64,000 bases of DNA from Alphaproteobacteria bacterium. GTDB taxonomy: Bacteria; Pseudomonadota; Alphaproteobacteria; UBA6615. Below, piece after piece: positions 25,890 to 35,734 of the stretch. The notes under the pieces are model-generated. The model saw nothing but the letters and a program-made list of their open reading frames with translations, did no database searches and was not told where the DNA came from. The position numbers were made by a program, and so were the translations under genes. The stretch covers positions 1,450 to 65,449 of the forward strand of contig JAYOFE010000003.1 in NCBI GenBank assembly GCA_038117045.1, written 5' to 3'. Positions within the stretch are counted from its first letter, which is position 1, and every line of letters begins with the position of its first letter.

Positions 25890-27377
25890 TCAGAACCGGG
25901 GAATATCGGGAAACGGCATCTGGCCGCGATGGATGTGCATCCGGCCCAGCTCCGCGCAGCGGTGCAGTGTCGGGAAGACCTTGCCGGGGTTCAGCAACTG
26001 GTTGGGGTCGAACGCACATTTGACACGCTGCTGCTGCTTCAGGTCGTCCTCGGTGAACATCTCGCCCATCAGGTCGCGCTTCTCGACGCCGACACCGTGC
26101 TCGCCGGTCAACACACCACCGACCTCGACGCACAAGCGCAGGATGTCGGCACCGAATTCCTCGGCCGCGTCCAGTTCGCCCGGCTTGTTGGCGTCATACA
26201 TGATCAGCGGGTGCAGGTTGCCGTCGCCCGCGTGGAACACATTGGCGACGCCCAGCCCGCACTTCTCCGACAGCTGCGACATGCGCGACAGGACTTCCGG
26301 CAGGCGGTGGCGCGGGATCGTGCCGTCCATGCAGTAATAATCCGGCGACAGCCGCCCGATGGCCGGGAACGCAGCCTTGCGCCCGGCCCAGAACTGGTTG
26401 CGCTCCTCCTCGTTCTCGCTGATGCGGATGGACACAGCGCCCAGCCCCTCGGCGATCTCGCGCACGCGGCCGATCAGGAAATCGACCTCCACCGGCGGCC
26501 CGTCGAGTTCGACCAGCAGCAACGCCTCCACGTCCAGCGGATAGCCAACCTGCACAAAGGCTTCGGCCGCCTTGATCGCCGGGCGGTCCATCATTTCCAT
26601 GCCGCCGGGGATAATCCCTGCACCGATGATATCGGCCACGCACTGGCCGCCTGCCTCACTCGATTCGAACCCGATCATCAGCGCGCGCGCCGTTGTCGGT
26701 TTCGGCAGGATGCGCACGGTGACTTCGGTGATCACGCCGAGCAGGCCTTCAGAGCCGGTCATCAGGCCCAGCAGGTCATAGCCTTCGGAATCCATGTGCT
26801 TGCCGCCCAGGCGCAGGATCTCGCCGTCCGGGAGCACCATCTCGATGCCGAGGATGTTGTTGGTGGTCAGCCCGTATTTCAGGCAGTGCACGCCGCCGGA
26901 ATTCTCCGCCACGTTACCGCCGATGGTGCAGGCAATCTGGCTGGAGGGATCCGGCGCATAATAGAAGCCGTCCAGTTCGACGGCATGGGTGATCCCCAGA
27001 TTGGTCACACCCGGCTGCAACCGCGCACAGCGGTTCTCGTAGTCGACCTCGAGGACGCGGTTGAACTTGCCCATTCCCAGCGTGATGGCATCCGCCGCCG
27101 GCAGCGCACCGCCCGACAGGGAGGTGCCCGCGCCGCGCGGGACGATCTTGACGCCGTTCTCGTTGCAATAGCGCATGACCGCAGAAACCTGATCGACGGT
27201 TTCGGGCAGCATCACGATCAGCGGCATGTTGTGATAGGCAGTGAGCCCATCCGATTCATAGACGGCCATTCCCTTGTCGTCGGCGATCACGCCTTCGCCG
27301 GGCACGATGGCGCGCATGGCTGCAAGAATCTCCTCGCGCCGCGCGATCACGCCAGCATCAGGATCGGGCATCTTCAT
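25890..27377 (-). CDS. glcD: Glycolate oxidase subunit GlcD
   Basis: PRGAGTSLSGG, APDPSSQIACTIGGN, HAGDGNLHP, GEHGVG. Confidence 0.95.
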   Translation of the reverse strand: MKMPDPDAGVIARREEILAAMRAIVPGEGVIADDKGMAVYESDGLTAYHNMPLIVMLPETVDQVSAVMRYCNENGVKIVPRGAGTSLSGGALPAADAITLGMGKFNRVLEVDYENRCARLQPGVTNLGITHAVELDGFYYAPDPSSQIACTIGGNVAENSGGVHCLKYGLTTNNILGIEMVLPDGEILRLGGKHMDSEGYDLLGLMTGSEGLLGVITEVTVRILPKPTTARALMIGFESSEAGGQCVADIIGAGIIPGGMEMMDRPAIKAAEAFVQVGYPLDVEALLLVELDGPPVEVDFLIGRVREIAEGLGAVSIRISENEEERNQFWAGRKAAFPAIGRLSPDYYCMDGTIPRHRLPEVLSRMSQLSEKCGLGVANVFHAGDGNLHPLIMYDANKPGELDAAEEFGADILRLCVEVGGVLTGEHGVGVEKRDLMGEMFTEDDLKQQQRVKCAFDPNQLLNPGKVFPTLHRCAELGRMHIHRGQMPFPDIPRF

Positions 27378-27440
27378 GGGCGGGCTCCCCTTCGGGACGG
27401 CGGGTTCGGGACCGGCGAATTATAGCGGAATACAGGCAAC

Positions 27441-27467
27441 AAAAAACCGCGCGAATTCGCGCGGTTT
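27441..27467 (-). terminator. Rho-independent terminator after the L36 gene
   Basis: AAACCGCGCG-AATT-CGCGCGGTTT with a T-run on the minus strand. Confidence 0.75.
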
Positions 27468-27494
27468 CGCTGCTTCGGCAGTGCGACGGGACAA

Positions 27495-27620
27495 TCAGCC
27501 CTGGCGCGCCTTGAAGCGGGGGTTACGCTTGTTGATCACGTACACACGACCCCGGCGGCGCACCACCTGGCAACCGCGGCCGCGCTTTTTCAGCGTCTTC
27601 AGCGAGCTTGCTACTTTCAT
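27495..27620 (-). CDS. rpmJ: 50S ribosomal protein L36, type B (zinc-ribbon-less)
   Basis: Hand translation [41 protein letters not shown], 41 aa; below the ORF-track cutoff. Confidence 0.96.
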   Translation of the reverse strand: MKVASSLKTLKKRGRGCQVVRRRGRVYVINKRNPRFKARQG

Positions 27621-27682
27621 CGGATCGGTCTCCGCCACTAAAAAACGGCCCCGGCGCAGTACCCCGGGGTGGAATTGCGCGG

Positions 27683-27711
27683 AAACTAGCGGTGCAAACC
27701 GGAGGTGTCAA
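27683..27711 (-). promoter_or_regulatory. Putative sigma70 promoter of rpmJ
   Basis: TTGACA-N17-TAGTTT on the minus strand, about 60 nt upstream of the ATG. Confidence 0.6.
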
Positions 27712-27837
27712 CGCGGTTTGGGGGGTTTTTGTGACCAGAAGCAGGGTTTTGGCACAGGTCTTTTGGCGCATGCGCTCTTGGCCGGGCATCTCCCGGACCA
27801 CACATTCCGGCAAGCCCCTGTGACAACGGAGGAAAAC

Positions 27838-28308
27838 ATGCGCCGCCTGATCATTCTCGCCATGACGCACGGTGCCGTCTTCGTCGGCGGTTTCGCGCTG
27901 GGCGTGTTCCTGCTGCCCATCCTGATTGCGCCCGAATCACCGGACGCGGAAACGCTTCGTGAAAAGGCGCAAACCGCTATCTACACCGCCAAATTCACCC
28001 GCGAACTGGAGGGAAGCGATTTCCTGCACTGGGGCGAGGGAAAGGTCAGCGTCACGGCAACCGAGATCATCCATGAAGGCAGTCTCGCACCCGGGCCTGA
28101 CTACAAGCTCTACCTCGTGGATCGCTTCGTCGAGGACGAGGCTGGCTTCGAGGCGACAAAGGACCGCGCGGTACGTATTGGAGACGTGAAGACCTTCGAC
28201 GGTTTCATCATATCCGTACCGGACGGCGTCGACGTGGCCGCCTACAACACCGTCCTGGTCTGGTGCGAGACCTTTTCTGAGTTCATCACGGCCGCGCAGT
28301 ATCGCTAG
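27838..28308 (+). CDS. DM13 domain protein
   Basis: N-terminal TM, DFLHWGEG, LAPGPDYKLYL, YNTVLVWCETFSEFI; ATG follows GGAGG. Confidence 0.88.
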   Translation: MRRLIILAMTHGAVFVGGFALGVFLLPILIAPESPDAETLREKAQTAIYTAKFTRELEGSDFLHWGEGKVSVTATEIIHEGSLAPGPDYKLYLVDRFVEDEAGFEATKDRAVRIGDVKTFDGFIISVPDGVDVAAYNTVLVWCETFSEFITAAQYR

Positions 28309-28315
28309 CGCGCAT

Positions 28316-28897
28316 TCACCGCGCCTTGGAGTGGTATTCCGGGTTGGGCATGCGGTCGAGCGCCGTGGACGAGCGGTTGGTCATGTTGAAGAAGCTGGCC
28401 ACAGAGGCGATATCCATGATGTCGCGCTCCGAAAAGCCCGCGTCACGAAGGGACTGCCGGTCCACCTCGTCCACTTCTGCCGGGCGGTTGGTCATCTTGA
28501 CCGCAAAATCCAGCATCGTGCGCTGTTTGGGCGAAATGTCGGCCGCGCGGTAGTTGATCGCCATCAGTTCGCCCAGCGCCGGATCGCCTGAAAGTTCACG
28601 CACGCTCGCCCCATGGGCGGTGACGCAGTAGAAGCACTTGTTCTCGCTGGAAACCGCGGTCGCGATCATCTCGCGCTCCAGTTTCGTCAGGCCCGATTCG
28701 CCCAGCATCAGCTCGTTGTACATGGCCATGAAGGCGCGCAGGCGCTCGGGATTGACCGAATAGCTGCGCAGTACGTTCGGGACCATGCCCAGCTTTTCCT
28801 GGCAGACGGCGAAATACTTCTGCAGGTCGGGGTCGAGTTCGCTGTCGTCCGGCATGGGCAGGTCGATGGCGTGGATATGGTCGGGCTGGGCGCTCAT
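28316..28897 (-). CDS. Peroxidase-related enzyme (AhpD/CMD family)
   Basis: EREMIATAVSSENKCFYCVTAH and FFNMTNR. Confidence 0.9.
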   Translation of the reverse strand: MSAQPDHIHAIDLPMPDDSELDPDLQKYFAVCQEKLGMVPNVLRSYSVNPERLRAFMAMYNELMLGESGLTKLEREMIATAVSSENKCFYCVTAHGASVRELSGDPALGELMAINYRAADISPKQRTMLDFAVKMTNRPAEVDEVDRQSLRDAGFSERDIMDIASVASFFNMTNRSSTALDRMPNPEYHSKAR

Positions 28898-29046
28898 TGC
28901 GGTCTCACTCTCCTCGTTTTCGATTCTCCCGGGGTTCTACACCTTTCATTTGGAAAAATCCGCCCCGTCCCATTTGACACGCCAAACGGCGCCGCCCATC
29001 CTGCGTCCGGGCCGTATCGCTGCGGCCTCAGCAATGGAATAAGACC

Positions 29047-30060
29047 ATGACAGCCCAGCAGATTTTCGAGCACGAGACCGAAATTCCAATTCTCGACCTC
29101 GGTCCCTACCTGGCCGGGGAAGACGGTGCCTTGGACGTGCTGGCCACGCAGTTGCGTCACGCACAGGAAGACGTCGGGTTCTATTTCACGATCAATCACG
29201 GTATCCCGCGCGCCCTGATCGAGAACGCTTACGAGCAGATGCGGCTGTTCTTCGCGCTGCCGGACGGAGAAAAGCGCAAGCTGGCGATCAACGCCCAGCG
29301 CAGCGGCTACATACCGCCCAAGTCTTCGGTCTATGTCACATCGAATGTAAATGAGAACACCCAACCCGACCTGAACGAGGTGCTTCTCTACTACCGTGAA
29401 CGCCCGGCCGATCACCCGTCGATCGCGCGCGGCCTCAGCTTCCACGGCCCCAATCAGTGGCCCGACCCGGCCCTGCTGCCGGATTTCCGGACGACCATGC
29501 TCGCCTACTACGACGCGGCCGAGGCTCTGGGCTACAAGATGCTCGCAGTTTATGCCCGCGCGCTGGACCTGCCGGCGGACTATTTCGACAGGTTCTTTAC
29601 CGACCCGATGTGGACCACGCGCAACGCGTTCTATCCGGGGTCCCTCGAGGCCGAAGACAACCAGTTCGGACTCTCTCCCCATCGCGACCACGGCTTTATT
29701 ACCCTGTTACCCCTGTCAAACGAGGCGGGGCTGCAGATCCGGACCCCGCCCGGCGAATGGATTGTGGCCGAGCAGGTCGAGGACGCGATCATTGTAAATA
29801 CCGGCGAGTTCATGAACCGCTGGACCAACGGCCGCTTCATCGCGACGCCGCACCGCGTGGTCCCGCCGAAGAACGACCGCTACTCGATCGCCCTGTTCTT
29901 CAACCCGAACTGGGACGCCGAGGCCATCCCGCTGGAGACCTGCACCTCGGAGGACAATCCGCCGCAGTTCGAGCCGGTCAACATCCACGATTACCTGGAC
30001 TGGTACATCAACAGCAATTTCAACAAGGACGGCGGCGGAACCCGCACTGCGGATGACTAG
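29047..30060 (+). CDS. Isopenicillin N synthase family 2OG-Fe(II) dioxygenase
   Basis: IPILDL, GFYFTINHGI, HRD, TPHRV, RYS motif. Confidence 0.9.
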   Translation: MTAQQIFEHETEIPILDLGPYLAGEDGALDVLATQLRHAQEDVGFYFTINHGIPRALIENAYEQMRLFFALPDGEKRKLAINAQRSGYIPPKSSVYVTSNVNENTQPDLNEVLLYYRERPADHPSIARGLSFHGPNQWPDPALLPDFRTTMLAYYDAAEALGYKMLAVYARALDLPADYFDRFFTDPMWTTRNAFYPGSLEAEDNQFGLSPHRDHGFITLLPLSNEAGLQIRTPPGEWIVAEQVEDAIIVNTGEFMNRWTNGRFIATPHRVVPPKNDRYSIALFFNPNWDAEAIPLETCTSEDNPPQFEPVNIHDYLDWYINSNFNKDGGGTRTADD

Positions 30061-30167
30061 CCGCGCGGGCACGAATCGGATTCATCCCCCGGCTGTGGAC
30101 CGGCGCCCTTGACCCCCGCCGTCGAGCACGACAACTTCTGCGGCATTCGAAACCGGAGCAGCTTCCC

Positions 30168-31145
30168 GTGAGCGAACCGCATCCCTGGAACCTCAGCCTG
30201 GGCCGGCACCCGAGCCCCGACGAGGTCACATTCGATCTTGAGCGCACCCTGTCGTCGGTGGTGGCGCTGCGCGCGACTGTGCCCGATGACGCATTCACCG
30301 CGCCGATCCTGGGGACGGAACGCGAAGGTCAGGGCGTCATCATCAGCGAGGACGGCCTGGTTCTGACGATCGGCTACCTGATCACCGAGGCCGAGGAGGT
30401 CTGGCTGATCGGCAACAACGGCGTGGCGCGGCCCGCTCATGTTGTCGGCTATGACCAGGAAACCGGGTTCGGCCTTGTGCAGTCACTCGGCTCCCTCGAC
30501 CTGCCGCATATCGAGCTGGGTGATTCCGCCTCGGTCTCGGCCGGGGATTCGGTGATCGTCGCCGGACAAGGCGGGCGCGAGGCGTGCGTGAATGCGCAAG
30601 TCATCTCCGTGCGTGAGTTCGCGGGCTCATGGGAATACCTGCTCGACCGCGCGATCTTTACCGTTCCGGCCCATCCACGCTGGAGCGGCGCGGCGGTCAT
30701 CGACTGGTCCGGGCGCCTCGCCGGCATCGGCTCCCTCTACATCCAGCAGGCCGCCGGTGACGACGACGAGATCGACGGCAACATGATCGTGCCCATCGAC
30801 CTGCTGAAGCCGATCCTTTCCGACCTGACCGAGCGCGGTGCGCAGCGCAAGCCGTCGCGCCCCTGGCTGGGCATGACCACGGCCGAGGCTGAGGAGCACC
30901 TGGTCGTCGCCGGGGTCGCCGAGGGAGGGCCGGCCATGCGCGCGGGCGTGGAGCCAGGCGACATCGTGCTGGCGGTGGACGATGAGCAGATCCGCGGCCT
31001 GTCGAACCTGTTCCGCAGGATCTGGTCTCTCGGCAACGCCGGGACACCGATCCCGTTGACGCTTCATCGGGAGGGACAGGTGGTCTCGGTCACGGTGAAC
31101 AGCGCCGCGCGCACCGACTTCCTCAAGAAGCCGCTCGTCAACTGA
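30168..31145 (+). CDS. HtrA/S1C-fold protein with PDZ domain, degenerate catalytic triad
   Basis: GQGVIISEDGLVLTIGYLI, LGDS, RPWLG...GPA..AG..PGDIVLAVD PDZ. Confidence 0.85.
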   Translation: MSEPHPWNLSLGRHPSPDEVTFDLERTLSSVVALRATVPDDAFTAPILGTEREGQGVIISEDGLVLTIGYLITEAEEVWLIGNNGVARPAHVVGYDQETGFGLVQSLGSLDLPHIELGDSASVSAGDSVIVAGQGGREACVNAQVISVREFAGSWEYLLDRAIFTVPAHPRWSGAAVIDWSGRLAGIGSLYIQQAAGDDDEIDGNMIVPIDLLKPILSDLTERGAQRKPSRPWLGMTTAEAEEHLVVAGVAEGGPAMRAGVEPGDIVLAVDDEQIRGLSNLFRRIWSLGNAGTPIPLTLHREGQVVSVTVNSAARTDFLKKPLVN

Positions 31146-31148
31146 CCC

Positions 31149-32099
31149 TCAGCCTGGGTTTTTGCCCGGGCCGAAGGCCTCGAACGAGAACACGGTCGGC
31201 GCAGCCGGGTCGATCTTCACGCGCACGGCGCGAATATCGTCCGCGCCCGGCACCTCCAGCCGGAAGACGTTGGTGAGCGGGTTTCCCAGGCTATCATAGA
31301 ACGGCGTGTCGATCGTGTATTCGTGTCCGTCGCCATGAACGACGAGGACTGGCCCGCCGAATGCCTTCGCCCCGTCTGATATCGCGGTGAGCGTGTTGCG
31401 GAAGCCGCCGCCGATCCCCATCAGCAGGAACGGGTCGGCCTGCATCGCCAGCACCACGGCATGTGCGCCGGTTGCGGCGGCACGGACGAAGGAGTCACCG
31501 ATCCACGCGACATTCGCGGCATCGCGCGCCTCGTATTCGGCGACGGCTTGCGGGTTCTTGCGATCCAAATTGTTGTTGGAGCCGACGACATGGGCGGTGG
31601 CGAACAGCACCCCGCCCATGGACCAGCGGGCGTTCTCGACCACGAACCGGTGGTCGGGATCCATGTCGGCCTGGCGCAAGACATCCACCGGGGCACGGCC
31701 CCGGCTGCGGGCTTGCCCAAAGAACTCCCGCCGCAGGAAGGCCAGCCGTTCCAGCGGATCGAACCGTCCGGCCGACTTGCGGTGGCAATCGGTCCATTCA
31801 TTGTCGCCGGGCGTATAGACCACCGCGCCGGAAATGCTGTCCATGTAGTCGCGCTGGCGCAGGATCGCGTCGTCGGTACACGGCGTGCCGCCGCCCTTGA
31901 TGTCGCCGACATGGATCGTGAGCGTCGGGCGGCCGGCGTTGATCGATGCCAGCAGCGTCTCGAACGGCGCGACATCCTCCGTGCGGTAGGGCATGTCCCC
32001 CATCGCAACAAAAGTCACCGGGCCTGCCGGTTGCGCGAGCCCGGGCGGCACCAGCACGGCAAGGCAGAGCACAAACGGGATCAGGCGGAAGGACAGCAT
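31149..32099 (-). CDS. Exported calcineurin-like metallophosphoesterase
   Basis: Signal peptide; GDMPY, HVGD, PGDNEWTDCH, HGDGH. Confidence 0.85.
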   Translation of the reverse strand: MLSFRLIPFVLCLAVLVPPGLAQPAGPVTFVAMGDMPYRTEDVAPFETLLASINAGRPTLTIHVGDIKGGGTPCTDDAILRQRDYMDSISGAVVYTPGDNEWTDCHRKSAGRFDPLERLAFLRREFFGQARSRGRAPVDVLRQADMDPDHRFVVENARWSMGGVLFATAHVVGSNNNLDRKNPQAVAEYEARDAANVAWIGDSFVRAAATGAHAVVLAMQADPFLLMGIGGGFRNTLTAISDGAKAFGGPVLVVHGDGHEYTIDTPFYDSLGNPLTNVFRLEVPGADDIRAVRVKIDPAAPTVFSFEAFGPGKNPG

Positions 32100-32145
32100 G
32101 GGGGGGATCCTAGCGCCGCGAATACGCTCGGCTACTGTGAAATCC

Positions 32146-32168
32146 GGTCATGAATGATCTGCATGACC
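32146..32168. promoter_or_regulatory. LysR-type dyad upstream of aapJ
   Basis: GGTCATG-N9-CATGACC; same CATG-N9-CATG / T-N11-A core as 18487-18509. Confidence 0.55.
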
Positions 32169-32303
32169 GATGGGTTTGATCAGTTTTTTTGATAACCCTG
32201 TTGTCTGCATCCACCCGGTATGTGCAGAATTGCTTAACCAAAAAGAAACAAACGCGCCTGGCGGGGGAAATTCCGAGCGGAATTCATCAAGGGAGAGTTC
32301 TCC

Positions 32304-33335
32304 ATGAACATCAAAGCAATCACTGGAATGGCCGCAGTTGCCGGCGTTCTGGCCATCACTGGCGTAACCGTCCCGGCCCAGGCCGCGACGCTGGATGACG
32401 TCAAGGCGGCCGGCGAACTGAAGTGCGGCATCAACACCGGCCTGCCTGGCTTCGCCTTCACCGACGACAAGGGCAACTGGACCGGCTTCGACGTGGCCTT
32501 CTGCCGTGCGCTGGCTGGCGCCGTGCTGGGTGACCCGGACAAGGTCAAATGGGTGAACCTGACCGGCAAGAACCGCTTCCCGGCTCTGGCATCGGGCGAA
32601 ATCGATGTCCTGTCACGCAACACAACCTGGACCTTTTCGCGTGACGTCGACTTGGGCTTCACCTTCCTCGGCGTAAACTATTACGACGGTCAGGGCTTCA
32701 TCGGCCGTGTCGCGCTGGGCGTGAAGAGCGCCAAGGAACTCGACGGCGCATCCGTGTGCATCCAGACCGGCACGACCACCGAGCTGAACCTAGCGGACTT
32801 CTTCCGCACCAACAACATCAGCTACGAGCCGGTGCCGATCGAGACCAACGAGGAAGCCCGCAAGGCCTATGAGGCCGAGCGTTGCGATGTCTACACGACA
32901 GACGCCTCGGGCCTCGCAGCGACGCGCTCGACCTTCCCGGATCCGTCCGCGCACATGGTCTTCCCGGAGATCATCTCCAAGGAGCCGCTCGGCCCGCTCG
33001 TGCGCCAGGGTGACGACCAGTGGGCGGATATCGGCCGCTGGGTTCTGAACGCCCTCGTCAATGCCGAGGAACTGGGCGTGACTCAGGCCAATGTCGAAGA
33101 ACTGGCCAAGGGCACAGACAACCCGGAGATTAACCGCATGCTGGGCTCGGAAGGCTCGCTTGCGGAAATGCTAGGCCTCGACAAGGCCTGGGCGGTCAAC
33201 GCGATTAAGGCGGAAGGTAACTACGCCGAGATCTTCGAGCGTTACCTCGGCAAGGATACCCCGCTGGCCATCTCACGCGGCCTGAACGCGCTGTGGAAAG
33301 ACGGCGGCATCCTCTACGCCCCGCCAATGCGATAA
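32304..33335 (+). CDS. aapJ: General L-amino acid ABC transporter substrate-binding protein
   Basis: RFPALASGEIDVLSRNTTWT, YYDGQGF, GTTTELN, ISKEPLGP, LYAPPMR. Confidence 0.93.
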   Translation: MNIKAITGMAAVAGVLAITGVTVPAQAATLDDVKAAGELKCGINTGLPGFAFTDDKGNWTGFDVAFCRALAGAVLGDPDKVKWVNLTGKNRFPALASGEIDVLSRNTTWTFSRDVDLGFTFLGVNYYDGQGFIGRVALGVKSAKELDGASVCIQTGTTTELNLADFFRTNNISYEPVPIETNEEARKAYEAERCDVYTTDASGLAATRSTFPDPSAHMVFPEIISKEPLGPLVRQGDDQWADIGRWVLNALVNAEELGVTQANVEELAKGTDNPEINRMLGSEGSLAEMLGLDKAWAVNAIKAEGNYAEIFERYLGKDTPLAISRGLNALWKDGGILYAPPMR

Positions 33336-33413
33336 AACGGAACCGAAGGCCCGCGGAGATCACCTCCACGGGCCTTCTTCCTTTCCGTTCAGCACTTTCG
33401 CGGATCCGGTCAC

Positions 33414-34604
33414 GTGGCGAACCAGACCGCACACGACACCAAGGACTCGTTTGACGTTCGGCGCCTGATGACGGACGAGCGCAGCCGCGCCGTCGTCCTC
33501 CAGTTGCTGGTCCTGCTCGGTGTCGCGCTGTTCATCGCCTTCATCGTCTCGAACACGATTGCCAATCTGCAGAACGCCGGCCTCGCCTCAGGGTTCGGTT
33601 TCCTCAATGACACGGCATTCTTCGATATCAACCAGCGGCTAATCGAATACACGTCGCAATCGACCTTCGGCCGCGCGCTGATCGTCGGCCTGCTCAACAC
33701 CATCCTGATCTCGGCGCTCGGGATCATCGCCGCCACCCTCATCGGCTTTATCGGCGGCGTGCTCCGGCTATCCGACAACTGGATCGTCAGCCGTATGGTC
33801 ACGGCCTGGGTGGAGTTCACCCGCAACGTGCCGGTCCTGCTGCAGATTATCTTCTGGTGGGCTATTCTGACGTCGCTGCCCAAGGTGCGTGACAGCATAT
33901 CGCTGGGTGACGTGTCCTTCCTGAACAACCGGGGGCTGCGCACTGCCGCACCGATCCTCGAGCCCGGCATGGAATGGGTTATCGGCGCCTTTATCGTCGC
34001 GATCATTGCCGCGATTGCCGTGTCGCACTGGGCGCGCAAACGCCAGGAGGCAACCGGGCAGATATTCCCGTCCGGATGGGCTTCGCTGGGCCTGATCGTC
34101 GGCCTGCCCCTGATTGTCTATTTCATCCTCGGACAGCCGCTGGACTGGGACGTGCCGAAGCGTACACGGTTCAATTTCAGCGGCGGCTTCAATGTCACAC
34201 CCGAACTGATCGCGCTCTGGTTCGCGCTCTCGACCTACACGGGCGCGTTCATTTCGGAAATCGTACGCTCGGGCATCAGCTCGGTCAGCCGTGGCCAGTC
34301 CGAGGCCGCCTTCGCGCTGGGTCTGCGCAAGAACCAGACCATGCGCCTGGTCATCATCCCGCAGGCCCTGCGGGTGATCATTCCGCCGCTGACCAGCCAG
34401 TACCTCAACCTGACCAAGAACTCCTCCCTGGCCATCGCTATCGGCTACCAGGATCTCGTGTCCATCGGCGGGACGATCCTGAACCAGAGCGGTCAGGCAC
34501 TGGAAGTGGTGGGCATCTGGATGGCGGTCTACCTGACTCTCAGTCTCGCCACATCGGCCTACATGAACTGGTACAACAAGCGCATCGCGCTGGTGGAACG
34601 GTGA
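33414..34604 (+). CDS. aapQ: General L-amino acid ABC transporter permease
   Basis: GLLNT, RNVPVLLQ, GQSEAA..LG, YLNLTKNSSLA. Confidence 0.92.
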   Translation: MANQTAHDTKDSFDVRRLMTDERSRAVVLQLLVLLGVALFIAFIVSNTIANLQNAGLASGFGFLNDTAFFDINQRLIEYTSQSTFGRALIVGLLNTILISALGIIAATLIGFIGGVLRLSDNWIVSRMVTAWVEFTRNVPVLLQIIFWWAILTSLPKVRDSISLGDVSFLNNRGLRTAAPILEPGMEWVIGAFIVAIIAAIAVSHWARKRQEATGQIFPSGWASLGLIVGLPLIVYFILGQPLDWDVPKRTRFNFSGGFNVTPELIALWFALSTYTGAFISEIVRSGISSVSRGQSEAAFALGLRKNQTMRLVIIPQALRVIIPPLTSQYLNLTKNSSLAIAIGYQDLVSIGGTILNQSGQALEVVGIWMAVYLTLSLATSAYMNWYNKRIALVER

Positions 34605-34608
34605 GGCC

Positions 34609-35721
34609 ATGAACCAGCCGTTCTTCCGCAGACACGACGAGATGCTCGCCGAGCGGCCACCCCCGGCGGCCACCGTCGGTGTGCTGGGCTGGATGCGCGC
34701 CAACCTGTTTTCCGGCTGGGCCAATACCGCCCTGACCCTTATCGCGCTCTATATCCTGTGGCTGGCAATCCCCTCACTGGTCGAATGGGCCTTCATCGAC
34801 GCCCAACTCAGCGGGACCGACCGCTTTGCCTGCACCGGCGAGGGCGCGTGCTGGGCATGGCTGGACCAGCGCTTCGGACAGTTCCTCTATGGCTTCTATC
34901 CCTCTGAAGAGACCTGGCGGATCAACATCGCCTTTGTCCTGCTGTTCCCCGCACTGGCGCCATGGCTGGTCGAGAACATGCCCGGCGAGCGGTGGCTGCG
35001 CTGGTTCTCCATCATCTATCCCTTCCTTGCGGCGTGGCTTCTGGTCGGGGACTGGTTCGGTGTCCTTGAGGGTGTCACAACCAACAACCTCGGCGGTTTC
35101 ACGCTGAACCTTACGGTCGGTCTCGCAGGCATCGTGCTCTCGCTGCCGGCCGGAATCCTACTGGCGCTCGGCCGGCAATCGCGTCTGCCACTGATTCGCT
35201 GGTTCTCGATCATCTTCATCGAATCCGTGCGCGGCGTGCCGCTGATCACCCTTCTCTTCGTCTCGAACATCATCCTACCGATCTTCCTGCCGCCGGATTT
35301 CGCGCTGGATGCCGTGATCCGCGTGATCGTCATGGTCACTGCCTTCGCATCGGCCTACATGGCCGAGGTCATCCGCGGCGGCCTCCAGGCCATCCCCAAG
35401 GGCCAGTACGAGGCCGCGGCCGCGATGGGGCTGGGCTACTGGCAGTCCATGCGCCTGATTATCCTGCCGCAGGCGCTGAAGATCTCCATTCCCGGCATCG
35501 TCAATACCTTCATCGGGTTGTTCAAGGACACCACGCTGGTGATCGTGATCGGCCTGTTCGACATCCTGGGCATCGCCAACGCGATGGTTTCCAACCCCGA
35601 CTGGCTAGGCCTGTCGTCGGAAACCTACGTGTTCGTCGCCCTGTTCTTCTTCTCGGTCTGTTTCTCCATGTCGCGCTACTCGCTCCATCTGGAACGCAAG
35701 CTCGACACAGACCGCCGCTGA
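34609..35721 (+). CDS. aapM: General L-amino acid ABC transporter permease
   Basis: [39 protein letters not shown]. Confidence 0.92.
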   Translation: MNQPFFRRHDEMLAERPPPAATVGVLGWMRANLFSGWANTALTLIALYILWLAIPSLVEWAFIDAQLSGTDRFACTGEGACWAWLDQRFGQFLYGFYPSEETWRINIAFVLLFPALAPWLVENMPGERWLRWFSIIYPFLAAWLLVGDWFGVLEGVTTNNLGGFTLNLTVGLAGIVLSLPAGILLALGRQSRLPLIRWFSIIFIESVRGVPLITLLFVSNIILPIFLPPDFALDAVIRVIVMVTAFASAYMAEVIRGGLQAIPKGQYEAAAAMGLGYWQSMRLIILPQALKISIPGIVNTFIGLFKDTTLVIVIGLFDILGIANAMVSNPDWLGLSSETYVFVALFFFSVCFSMSRYSLHLERKLDTDRR

Positions 35722-35734
35722 CCGGAGGACGCGC

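Noticed and set aside
27274-27837. N-terminal extension of the DM13 ORF (344 aa in the track)
   Set aside because: Overlaps rpmJ, its promoter and its terminator on the other strand; a good RBS and ATG lie at 27838. Similar over-extensions were trimmed for carA, the MFS, the SBP and the NimA-like gene.
32204-32228. TCTGCA-N13-TGCAGA dyad upstream of aapJ as an NtrC site
   Set aside because: Spacing does not fit GCAC-N7-GTGC and no -24/-12 sigma54 motif was seen; left unassigned
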